In this document: piece by piece, positions 34,085 to 42,469 of the stretch
Layout of the letters: each line of letters opens with the position of its first letter
How positions within the stretch are numbered: position 1 is the stretch's first letter
NCBI GenBank assembly: GCA_021785125.1
Contig: JAJYGF010000008.1
Span: 1 to 47,813 of the forward strand
Direction of reading: 5' to 3'
DNA length: 47,813 nucleotides
From: a bacterium
GTDB lineage: Bacteria > Patescibacteriota > Minisyncoccia > Moranbacterales > UBA2206
The notes under the pieces: generated by a model
Told to the model about the DNA's origin: nothing
The model's input: only the letters and a program-made list of their open reading frames with translations
Database searches by the model: none
Made by a program: the position numbers and the translations under genes

Positions 34085-35044
34085 TTAATTTAATTTACAG
34101 ACAGATTTCAATTCCACCATGTCTTCCGCGGTCGGCGCCGGATTTTTCAAGTCCTGATCCTGCATCAAATAATACATGATCGATTTCGGGTTTTGCACGT
34201 GCTGCATGCCGAGCGCATGCCCCAGTTCATGTGCGATGGTCATGCGCAGATCGTCCGCCGCCCTGAATTGATATATATCTATGCCTTGGCTTGGATTGAA
34301 AACACCCTTTTCAAATTCCTGCGAGCCGCCGTACTCACTCTGGAAAGTGGATACTTGGGAATTATAATTGCTTACGATGTTATTTTCCTTGGCCGCGATA
34401 CCGTTGATCTGGTCAGCCAGATGTTTGAGGTCGCTTTCCTCCGACTGCAAATTTTTCAATTCAGAATCGAGATCTTTCCGCTCATGGGTCAATTTGTCGT
34501 ATTCCGGCGGCGGCGCTCCGCCTTGGGCGTTCCATTTGGCCACTTCCTGATCATATGAATCCAGCTTTTTTTGATAATCCGCCAGATTGGATTTGAAATC
34601 GGCCAGGCTTTGGTCATATTTCTGCGTCAATCCGCCGTACTGTTTGTCCAGAGTCGTTTTTTGGACGCTCAAATTTTCAAGGTCCGCGTTCAGCTGGTCT
34701 GCTGCGTCGGATTCCCGCTGTCTTTGGTCATACACCAATTTTATCTGCAGTTTCGCATTTGGATCATACTCCAAAAGCTGTCGGCCGGATGCCTTATTCC
34801 AGATGTCTGCCGCTTGCACCGCGATCGTCTTGACTTGATCTGCCGTAATGTTGAATCGTGGATCCACCGAGCCGATTGCGAATTTGAGTGGACGATTACA
34901 CGGCTTGTCCAGCGCGGCCGGAGCGGCGGACAAAGACAACAAACTCCGGTCTTTCTCGATAAATTTATTAAAAAATATCCAGAATAGTCCAGCCAAAACC
35001 GCCGCGAAAAGCAGCCACAGAAATATTTTTTTCAAAAACTTCAT
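34085..35044 (-). CDS. Membrane-anchored matrixin/metzincin-type zinc metalloprotease with a coiled-coil insert
   Basis: N-terminal TM helix, AHELGHALGMQH (HExxHxxGxxH), then a Met-turn candidate SIMYY. The central region is Q/D/K-rich and coiled-coil-like. Confidence 0.8.
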   Translation of the reverse strand: MKFLKKIFLWLLFAAVLAGLFWIFFNKFIEKDRSLLSLSAAPAALDKPCNRPLKFAIGSVDPRFNITADQVKTIAVQAADIWNKASGRQLLEYDPNAKLQIKLVYDQRQRESDAADQLNADLENLSVQKTTLDKQYGGLTQKYDQSLADFKSNLADYQKKLDSYDQEVAKWNAQGGAPPPEYDKLTHERKDLDSELKNLQSEESDLKHLADQINGIAAKENNIVSNYNSQVSTFQSEYGGSQEFEKGVFNPSQGIDIYQFRAADDLRMTIAHELGHALGMQHVQNPKSIMYYLMQDQDLKNPAPTAEDMVELKSVCKLN

Positions 35045-35049
35045 AATTT

Positions 35050-35823
35050 TTACCCGGCAGATTTCTCTCTGGCTTCAATGTCGTCGCGCAAACCGAATAT
35101 TTCCGCGATGTTTTCGAACTTTTCATCCGGAATCATGTTTTTGAGCGTCGCTCGCATCGCTTTCACATTGCCTTTCGGTCGCAAGCCGCGGCAGCCTTGG
35201 CAAGTCATCCTGGCCGTAGGACAGACCGCGTTGCAGCCGCCCAGAATCATCGGCCCGAAGCACGGTTTCTTTTCCAGGAGCAAGCATTTGTTCCCGGCCG
35301 CCTTGCATTCCACGCACACCGGAGCATCGGGAATGGCCGGAATTCGCCCTTCCAAAAGTTCCGGAATATATTTCAAAAATTCTTCGCCCGAAATCGGACA
35401 ACCCGGAAAAACGAAGTCCACCTTCACGAAATTGTCCAACTCTTTGATCTCCGGATTGCTGATGCCGTTGATATATTTGTAAACATGTTTGATGGTGTTC
35501 GCGCCTTCGTGGTAATTTTTGATCTCCGGCACGCCGCCCATCGCCGCGCAATTGCCGAGCGCCACCAAAAGCTTGCTCCTTTTGCGCAAAGCCGCCAAGG
35601 TCTTCACATTGTCTTCTGTAACGGGATTGCCTTCGACCAAAACCAGATCCAGATCCACTCCAGGATCCTCCTCGTCTTCCAACAAGCGGAAGTCCACCAT
35701 CTCGATCTTCCCGACAAAATCCAGGAATCTTTCGCCCAGATCCAGAAGGGCGAATTGGCAACCCTCGCAGGATGTCAGGCTTGCGATAGCTACTCTGGGC
35801 TTTTTATTTTTGTTTTCTTCCAT
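35050..35823 (-). CDS. [NiFe]-hydrogenase small subunit, group 3 type (delta-like)
   Basis: VAIASLTSCEGCQFALLD, GNCAAMGG, GCPISGEE and C-terminal Cys clusters. Confidence 0.9.
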   Translation of the reverse strand: MEENKNKKPRVAIASLTSCEGCQFALLDLGERFLDFVGKIEMVDFRLLEDEEDPGVDLDLVLVEGNPVTEDNVKTLAALRKRSKLLVALGNCAAMGGVPEIKNYHEGANTIKHVYKYINGISNPEIKELDNFVKVDFVFPGCPISGEEFLKYIPELLEGRIPAIPDAPVCVECKAAGNKCLLLEKKPCFGPMILGGCNAVCPTARMTCQGCRGLRPKGNVKAMRATLKNMIPDEKFENIAEIFGLRDDIEAREKSAG

Positions 35824-35824
35824 A

Positions 35825-35899
35825 GTATTTTAATAGAGTAATCTTAGCACAATTTTGTTTCTTTGAATATCGCCATTTTGGTATTAAAATAGAGTTATG
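35825..35899. promoter_or_regulatory. Direct repeat pair GTATTwwAATAGAGTwAT in the divergent hydrogenase promoter region
   Basis: gtattttaatagagtaatc (35825-35843) and gtattaaaatagagttatg (35881-35899). Confidence 0.3.
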
Positions 35900-35915
35900 A
35901 TATTTTTGTGCACAT

Positions 35916-36320
35916 ATGTCCAAAGTTTGCGTAGGAACAAGCCTTAATCCGATCATCTATAAATGCGACCTTGAGATTCCCAGGCCGGCCATATCAGACG
36001 AGGAAAAGATCGAGGCGCTGATCATGGCAGTCGTATTCACTTCGATCCTGCCCGTATTGATAGCGTATTTCGCGCATTCCGCCATCCCGCACAGATGTTT
36101 CACCCGACTGGACATCCTTTGCACCTTGCCGCTCGGTTATGTCTTGATGTATTTGTCCTCCATAATCCTCTACATTGCCGCGTATGCCAACTTCGGTTTC
36201 CGGTATATCGCGAAAAAAAATTTAAAAACTCCTTCGATACTCATGGTCGTAGCCGTGATTTTTTACCTGATAACTTTCGTCCTTTCTCTTATTCCAGCCC
36301 TTCTCTATAAGGTCACTTAG
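35916..36320 (+). CDS. Membrane protein (134 aa, hypothetical)
   Basis: 3-4 TM segments. Its stop is adjacent to the start of the hypF fragment. Confidence 0.55.
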   Translation: MSKVCVGTSLNPIIYKCDLEIPRPAISDEEKIEALIMAVVFTSILPVLIAYFAHSAIPHRCFTRLDILCTLPLGYVLMYLSSIILYIAAYANFGFRYIAKKNLKTPSILMVVAVIFYLITFVLSLIPALLYKVT

Positions 36321-36321
36321 T

Positions 36322-37464
36322 ATGCACCTGTTTGGATGCGAAATTAAAAATCACAAAAATATCTTGGCCCTGGGCGCGGAATCCAACGGCAATTTTTCTA
36401 TTTTTTGGAATAATATAATTTATTTTTCCGAAGATTTCGGCGATCTGCAAGATAAGTCCAACTTTAAAAAATATAAAAAAGAATTATCAGACTTCATTAA
36501 GAAAAATAAATTTAAACCTGATATTATTTTGTCCGATCTCCATCCGAATTACATCGCAACATATTTTGCGGAAAAATTAGCGAAAAAATACAAAGCCGAA
36601 CATATTCAGGTCCAACATCATATCGCGCATATATTTTCTGCTATTGGAGAAAAATCTCTAGAAACTAAAAGCTATAAGCTAAAAGCTGCGATTGGAATTG
36701 CCTGCGACGGTACCGGATATGGATTAGACGGCAAAATCTGGGGCGGAGAAATTTTTCGAATACGAACTACAAACAACAAACTACAAACTGACAGGATTGG
36801 ATATCTTGAAAATCAAATCCTGCTAGGCGGCGAATTAGCCATTCAAGAACCTGCACGTATGCTGATCAGTATCCTTTCCAGATTCCTGACCAAAAAAGAA
36901 GTTCATGCACATGTAAAAAAATATTATTCGAAACAAGAATTTGAAATTCTATATAACCAATTGCAACAAAATTTCAATTGCCTCGAAACTTCCAGCACCG
37001 GCAGAATCTTGGATGCCGTTTCTTTACTTTTAGGTTTTTGCGAAAATAAAAGAAACTACAAGCATGAAACAATTGATCTCTTAGAAAAAAATTCTACGAA
37101 ACCTTATACGATCAAGCCAGTAGTAAAAAATAATATTCTGATGACCACGCCGCTTTTTGAATATTTGATAAAAAATAGCGACAAAGATAAAAATAGATTG
37201 GCTGCCACCGCCCAATTATATATTGCCAAAGGGTTGTGGACAATAACAGAAAATCACTGCAAAGACATCGGATGTCCAACAAGCAAGAAAAGCAAGAGAC
37301 ATTTGATGTCCAACGTTTTCTTCGCCGGCGGCATCGCCAACAACAAAATTATTTCAAAATATTTAGAATCAAAAGGCGTCTATACAAATAAAAAAATCCC
37401 GCGTGGAGACGCGGGAATCTCTTTTGGACAAATATTGTACCACTTAGCAAATCCTTGGAATTAG
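36322..37464 (+). CDS. hypF: HypF C-terminal (Kae1/ASKHA-like) domain only
   Basis: LALGAESNGNF, SDLHPNYIAT, VQHHIAHIFS, GIACDGTGYGLDGKIWGGE, SSTGRILDAV, FFAGGIANN, GDAGISFGQ. No acylphosphatase, Zn-finger or YrdC-like region is present. Confidence 0.8.
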   Translation: MHLFGCEIKNHKNILALGAESNGNFSIFWNNIIYFSEDFGDLQDKSNFKKYKKELSDFIKKNKFKPDIILSDLHPNYIATYFAEKLAKKYKAEHIQVQHHIAHIFSAIGEKSLETKSYKLKAAIGIACDGTGYGLDGKIWGGEIFRIRTTNNKLQTDRIGYLENQILLGGELAIQEPARMLISILSRFLTKKEVHAHVKKYYSKQEFEILYNQLQQNFNCLETSSTGRILDAVSLLLGFCENKRNYKHETIDLLEKNSTKPYTIKPVVKNNILMTTPLFEYLIKNSDKDKNRLAATAQLYIAKGLWTITENHCKDIGCPTSKKSKRHLMSNVFFAGGIANNKIISKYLESKGVYTNKKIPRGDAGISFGQILYHLANPWN

Positions 37465-38427
37465 CTTGCCTCTCGGCATATCGATCTTTTTCAACCCTCC
37501 GATGCTTGTTTCAAGATAAACGCCCCTGCCTTTTTCCACTCTTCCGATTGTTTTAGCCTCTTTATTAAAACGCTTTAAGGTAGCCAGAACTTTCTTAGCG
37601 TCTTTCTGCGGAACAGTCGCCAAAAATCTTCCTTCCGATGGAAAGGAAAATTTATCGATGCCCAGAAGTCCCGAAAGCGCGGCTGTTTCTTTGGCAAACG
37701 AAAGATTATTTTCCTCCAGCACGATTTTTACTTTCGATTTTTCCGCGATCTCATTCAGAACTTCCGCCGCACCCCCGCGGGTCGGATCTTTGGCAGCTGT
37801 CAGATATTTTGCAACGCTTTGAATCTCTTTGTTTAACGGTTTGCAATCGCTTTTTATTTTGGTCTTGTAATTGAATCTTTTAGCCAAAAGCGCCACCGCG
37901 TGTTCGCCTAAATTGCCAGAAGAAATAACGACATCGCCAGGCATAGCACCATTATTAGAAATAATTTTTCCAGCCAGGCCGATTCCGGATGTCGTAATTT
38001 CAATCTTGTCCAATTTTCCTTTTTCGGTCACTTTCGTGTCGCCCGTCACGATCGGCACACCCGTCTCTCTGGAAACTTTTGAAATGGAGGCGATTATTTT
38101 TTTCAAATCCTCTTCCGGAAATCCCTCCTCGATCACCAGGCTCAAGGAAATGCCGATCGGTTTCGCCCCCATCACTGACAAATCGTTGATTGTTCCGCAC
38201 ATAGCAATCTTGCCGATGTCTCCGCCAGGAAAAAAGATCGGATCCACAATAAAAGCATCGGTCGTAAAAACCAGCTTTTTTTTACCCAATTCATATGAAG
38301 CTCCGTCGTCTTCAAGATTCTTCCATTTGGATGGAATTTTGAAATTTTTTCGAATATCCGAAATCAAACCGTTGGATTTTTCTCCGCCGGCTCCAGCCTC
38401 CAGTTCAATTGTTTTATCCCGTGTCAT
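37444..38427 (-). CDS. hypE: Hydrogenase maturation protein HypE
   Basis: AIR-synthase-like fold motifs and the C-terminal PRIC. The start is set at MTRDKT. The 3' end overlaps the convergent hypF fragment by 21 nt. Confidence 0.93.
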   Translation of the reverse strand: MTRDKTIELEAGAGGEKSNGLISDIRKNFKIPSKWKNLEDDGASYELGKKKLVFTTDAFIVDPIFFPGGDIGKIAMCGTINDLSVMGAKPIGISLSLVIEEGFPEEDLKKIIASISKVSRETGVPIVTGDTKVTEKGKLDKIEITTSGIGLAGKIISNNGAMPGDVVISSGNLGEHAVALLAKRFNYKTKIKSDCKPLNKEIQSVAKYLTAAKDPTRGGAAEVLNEIAEKSKVKIVLEENNLSFAKETAALSGLLGIDKFSFPSEGRFLATVPQKDAKKVLATLKRFNKEAKTIGRVEKGRGVYLETSIGGLKKIDMPRGKLIPRIC

Positions 38428-38428
38428 A

Positions 38429-39457
38429 TTATTTTCTATTATAACGATACTCCACATTGCATGAGCCTTCCACCGAAACCATGCACGCTCCTTGCGGCTT
38501 GTCCGGCGTACAGACCTTGCCGAAAAGCGGACAGTCTTTCGATTCGATCAGTCCTTGCAGGACGAGCCCGCACTTGCAAGCGCTCGGCTTGGGTTTTATT
38601 TCTTGCCTTATTTTTTTAATTAAATCTCTATACACAAATTCCGCATCCTGTTTCTGATATTTTTTTCGGATCTTCAGGCCCGAACCCCTGATCTCACCCA
38701 AACCTCTCCATTTTGCGTCCGCGATTTCAAAAACTTCTTCGATCAATTTTCTGGCTTTGGGATTGCCAGCTTTTTTAACCAGGCGCGTGTAGGCATTTTC
38801 CACCCTGGCTTCGCCGGACAAAATCTGGTCCAAAAGCATGTTGATCGCCAAAAGAACATCCTCGCCCTCAAAACCGGCAATCACCTGCGGAAGCCTGAAT
38901 TGTTTGTATGGCTCCATACCGATGATCGAACTGACATGGCCCGGATCGATGAATCCGTCCACTTTGATATCCTTATTCGCCAGAAGCGCGGCCATGGCTG
39001 GCGGAAAAATCTTATGTGCCGAATAAACAATCAGGCCCTCCTTGACCGCCCAGGCCGTCATGCCGGCCGTTGTTTCAAAGCCCAACCCGAAGAAAACTAA
39101 GCCCGGTTTTTGTTTCCGCATCTCGACCGCTTCCGTGATATCATACATCACCTGGACATCCGCCCCATTTCTTCCGGCTTCTTCCAAGCTCATCAGGTTG
39201 CCGGGCACATTGATTGTATCGCCGTAAATCGCGATGGGAATTCCTTCCAAAGCCAAGCCAACTACGATATCGATGTCACTCTGATCCGTCACGCACACCG
39301 GACAGCCCGGACCGGAAACCAGCTTGATATTCTTCGGCATCAAACTTTTTATCCCGTGCTCCGCGATCGTCTGCGAGTGCGTGCCGCACAGTTCCATGAA
39401 GCGCAGCGGACGTCCGATCTTTTTAGCCTTCTCATTGATTTCCGAAATCAAGCTCAT
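38429..39457 (-). CDS. hypD: Hydrogenase maturation protein HypD
   Basis: MELCGTHS, GPGCPVCV, FETT and PGHVS motifs. Confidence 0.95.
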   Translation of the reverse strand: MSLISEINEKAKKIGRPLRFMELCGTHSQTIAEHGIKSLMPKNIKLVSGPGCPVCVTDQSDIDIVVGLALEGIPIAIYGDTINVPGNLMSLEEAGRNGADVQVMYDITEAVEMRKQKPGLVFFGLGFETTAGMTAWAVKEGLIVYSAHKIFPPAMAALLANKDIKVDGFIDPGHVSSIIGMEPYKQFRLPQVIAGFEGEDVLLAINMLLDQILSGEARVENAYTRLVKKAGNPKARKLIEEVFEIADAKWRGLGEIRGSGLKIRKKYQKQDAEFVYRDLIKKIRQEIKPKPSACKCGLVLQGLIESKDCPLFGKVCTPDKPQGACMVSVEGSCNVEYRYNRK

Positions 39458-39660
39458 TTATTTTCTGCCAAATACCGATTAACATCATTGGCATGATCCA
39501 CATCCATCTTCTCGATGGCAAAACCGGCATGCACCATGACAAAATCCCCGACTTTCACGTCTACCATGGAAATATTGATCTCCTTTTTGATGCCATTGTA
39601 ATCAATTTCCGCCATTTGGCCGTTAACTTTAAGTATTTTCCCCGGAATGGCTAAGCACAT
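39454..39660 (-). CDS. hypC: Hydrogenase maturation chaperone HypC
   Basis: MCLAIPGKILKV N-terminus, 68 aa, and a 4-nt overlap with hypD. Confidence 0.9.
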   Translation of the reverse strand: MCLAIPGKILKVNGQMAEIDYNGIKKEINISMVDVKVGDFVMVHAGFAIEKMDVDHANDVNRYLAENK

Positions 39661-39690
39661 AAAGTAAGTCTAAATTTAAAATTTAAAATT
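39661..39690. repeat. Short AT-rich heptamer-type spacer (E6)
   Basis: aaagtaagtctaaatttaaaatttaaaatt supplies the last codons (NFKF) and the stop of the upstream gene. Confidence 0.55.
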
Positions 39691-41121
39691 CCGCGATTGT
39701 CCTCCGCCATTCACGCATCCGCCCGGACAAACCATGCCTTCGATGATTTTCGTCTCAATCCTGCTCTTGGACAAGTTATTTAAAATATTTTTTATCTGTT
39801 CGATGCCGTCCGCCACGACATATTTGGCTTTGGTTTTTTTGGCCAAGATCTCAGCCGCGCCGCCGGTTCTAATGATGTTCTTTGCAGATTTGCCGTTCAA
39901 AAGGAGCTTAGCTCCTGGAGGAGCTAAGCTCCTAACAAGTTCATTATTAAAATCAGTTTGCTTTATATCTGCCAATTTTATATTTTTTTGACGAATTATA
40001 CGTCCTAACTCCCTAACGGTAATAACATAATCCAAATTTTCGCTTTTAGAAACTTTCTTGGCCGTGCAAGAGGAGATGGAAATCACCGCGATATCATCCG
40101 GATTTATCTTCTGCTCACGCGCATAATCCCGCTTGATATGCTCCGCCATGATTTCATCCGGATTGGCGACATTCAGAATATTTTCGACAAATTGCGGATA
40201 ATATTTTTGGATATACAGATTCAGAGACGGACAATGGCCGAGGATAATATTTTTGCCAGGACTGTCTTTTATCTTTTTCTCCATCTGTTCCAACATCAGT
40301 TCCATCCCGAACCCCAGATCAAAAACTTTTTCAAAGCCGATCGCCTGCAAAACTCCGACTATCTTTTCTTTTGAATCCATCTCTTCTTGTTCAAATGCCA
40401 CACTTTCCAAGATCGCCGGATCAACCAAAGCCACGGCCATCTTTTTCAGATCATCCAGCTCCCCGATGATTTTCGGCAGATCATTTTTGTCCGTAATCGC
40501 TCCCACCGGACAATCTTTCACGCACTGGCCGCAAAAGATGCAATCCAGCGGTTTTTCATACGGCGTTCCGACCACGACATCGCCCGCCCGATTGTTGAAC
40601 CCGAATTCTTTGGTCGGGCAGACATTGATGCAGCGCCGGCATTCCACGCACAGTTCCGTCGTCCGGGAGATGGCCGGGTTGCCCTCGTCCACCACCACGC
40701 GTAGACGATTATCCTTCAAAAGATCCAGCTCTTCGCCGATCGTCAGCTCTTCTTTTCTCGGCACGAAATGGAAATTTTCAATTTTATATTCTTCCGCCAG
40801 ATCCTGTAATTCGCATTTTCGGTTTTTCTTGCAGGTCACGCATTTTCCGGCATGGTCGGACCACAAAAGTTCCAGATTTATCCTGCGAGCCCGGGAAACT
40901 TCTTCACTTTCGGTCGCAATCTCCATCCCATCGGAAACCTGCTTGTTGCAAGAAGTGATCAACTTTCCATTTTGTTCTACTACGCAAATTCGGCACAATC
41001 CCTCATGAAAATCTTTGAGACTGCAAAGCGTCGGGATCTTGATTCTGTTTTTCTGGCAGACTTGATAGATCGTTTCTCCCGCCCGCGCTTCGTATTCTTG
41101 GTTGTTTATCTTTATTTTCAT
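39676..41121 (-). CDS. Fe-S subunit of HydA/HoxU type: N-terminal 2Fe-2S plus 4Fe-4S domains fused to a shortened [FeFe]-hydrogenase H-domain-like region
   Basis: The N-terminal Cys pattern (CxxC...C), the CVTCKKNRKC, CVECRRCINVCP and CIFCGQCVKDCP clusters. H-cluster-motif equivalents are LGHCPSL, ISSCTAKK and GMVCPGGCVNGGGQ. Confidence 0.75.
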   Translation of the reverse strand: MKIKINNQEYEARAGETIYQVCQKNRIKIPTLCSLKDFHEGLCRICVVEQNGKLITSCNKQVSDGMEIATESEEVSRARRINLELLWSDHAGKCVTCKKNRKCELQDLAEEYKIENFHFVPRKEELTIGEELDLLKDNRLRVVVDEGNPAISRTTELCVECRRCINVCPTKEFGFNNRAGDVVVGTPYEKPLDCIFCGQCVKDCPVGAITDKNDLPKIIGELDDLKKMAVALVDPAILESVAFEQEEMDSKEKIVGVLQAIGFEKVFDLGFGMELMLEQMEKKIKDSPGKNIILGHCPSLNLYIQKYYPQFVENILNVANPDEIMAEHIKRDYAREQKINPDDIAVISISSCTAKKVSKSENLDYVITVRELGRIIRQKNIKLADIKQTDFNNELVRSLAPPGAKLLLNGKSAKNIIRTGGAAEILAKKTKAKYVVADGIEQIKNILNNLSKSRIETKIIEGMVCPGGCVNGGGQSRNFKF

Positions 41122-42362
41122 TTGGATAATTTATAAATCTCCTTCGGAAAATATTGCAGCGCATCACCAAATGCCGTGGCCGCGAATTTGCCGAGCGGAC
41201 AGAAAGTCGTATTATTCAAAGTCCACAAAATATCTTCTATAGCCGCTTTGTCACGATCGGAAATTTCCCCGTCCCGCAGGCGTTTGGCAATTTCCCACAA
41301 TCGGAAAGTACCTTCACGGCACGGCACGCATTTGCCGCAGGATTCTCTTCGGAAAAAACTCGCCCAAGACAAAAGCAGTTCATGGATATCCGCCATTTTA
41401 TCGACCACGAGAATCGCACCTGAGCCCAACGGAATTTTAGCTTCACGATCGTATTCCAATTTCATCTCCAAATCTTTTTCCAATGCCAGTCTTCCGGATG
41501 AGCCGCCGACCTGCGCGAACCAAAACTCTTTTCCCGCATATATGCCGCCACCATAATTGTCGATCAATTCCTTCAGAGTTATCCCCAACGGGGCTTCGAC
41601 AACATCCCTATTTTTGACCGCGCCGTCCAGAATAAATAGTTTCGTGCCGGGAGATTTTTTCGATCCGACCTTGGCGAATTCCGCGCCGCCGTTTTCAATT
41701 ATCCATGGAATATTGGCGATCGTTTCCGCATTGTTCACCGCCGTCGGCTTACCGAATAATCCTGATTGAGTAGGGAATGGGGGACGCATCCTCGGCTCTC
41801 CCCTTTTTCCTTCGATCGAATTGATGAGCGCCGTTTCTTCGCCGCAGATGTACGCGCCAGCACCTTCAAAAATCTCGATTTCCAATCCATATCTCGAATG
41901 CAAAATTGCCGGACCCAAAAAAACTTTCTGCTTCGCTTGCCCAACCGCCCTTTCCAAAATTTCCGCCGACTTTTTGTAATTTCCGTTGATGTAGATAAAA
42001 GCTTTCTTGGCACCGACAATGAGCGAAGCGATAATGATGCCTTCGATCAGCATATGCGGGTCATTTTCCGCGATCATCCGGTCTTTGTATGTCCCCGGCT
42101 CGGATTCATCCAGATTGCAAATGAAATATTTTTCTGTCACTTTTTCTTTTTGCACCGATTCCAATTTCAAACCAGTCGGAAAACCGGCTCCCCCGCGGCC
42201 GCAAAGGCCGGAGGTTTTTATTTCTTCCACGGCAATTTCAGGATCCATCTCCTTGATAAACTTGAAAAGCGCTTGATAACCGCCGGCTGCGATGTATTCA
42301 TCGATACTCTGTGGATTTATCCGGCCCCAATTCTGGGTGATGATTTTTATTTCAGTTTCCAT
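41118..42362 (-). CDS. NuoF/HoxF/HydB-like NADH-binding flavoprotein subunit
   Basis: GRGGAGFPTGLK (FMN), GEETALINSIEG and ESCGKCVPCREG (4Fe-4S). It is 414 aa, the core only. Confidence 0.9.
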   Translation of the reverse strand: METEIKIITQNWGRINPQSIDEYIAAGGYQALFKFIKEMDPEIAVEEIKTSGLCGRGGAGFPTGLKLESVQKEKVTEKYFICNLDESEPGTYKDRMIAENDPHMLIEGIIIASLIVGAKKAFIYINGNYKKSAEILERAVGQAKQKVFLGPAILHSRYGLEIEIFEGAGAYICGEETALINSIEGKRGEPRMRPPFPTQSGLFGKPTAVNNAETIANIPWIIENGGAEFAKVGSKKSPGTKLFILDGAVKNRDVVEAPLGITLKELIDNYGGGIYAGKEFWFAQVGGSSGRLALEKDLEMKLEYDREAKIPLGSGAILVVDKMADIHELLLSWASFFRRESCGKCVPCREGTFRLWEIAKRLRDGEISDRDKAAIEDILWTLNNTTFCPLGKFAATAFGDALQYFPKEIYKLSK

Positions 42363-42374
42363 TTAGAAAGTGAA

Positions 42375-42457
42375 GGGTATTTTTATTTTCAGGCTAATTG
42401 CAAAAATATAAATAGAGTTTTTATACTTATCAATTCCGGCTGAAAATAAAAATATCC
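42375..42457. repeat. 18-bp AT-rich inverted repeat between the nuoE-like and nuoF-like genes
   Basis: gggtatttttattttcag (42375-42392) pairs with ctgaaaataaaaatatcc (42440-42457), with one G:T pair. The 47-nt loop contains aatagagt. Confidence 0.7.
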
Positions 42458-42469
42458 TGAACAAAAATA

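Noticed and set aside
37397-37416. An 8-bp perfect hairpin, tcccgcgt-ggag-acgcggga, inside the hypF fragment, containing gagacgc like the REP family
   Set aside because: It encodes the conserved RGDAGIS region (the family consensus GG/DxGxSxGQ). Its similarity to the REP is limited to 7 nt, so it is probably coincidental.
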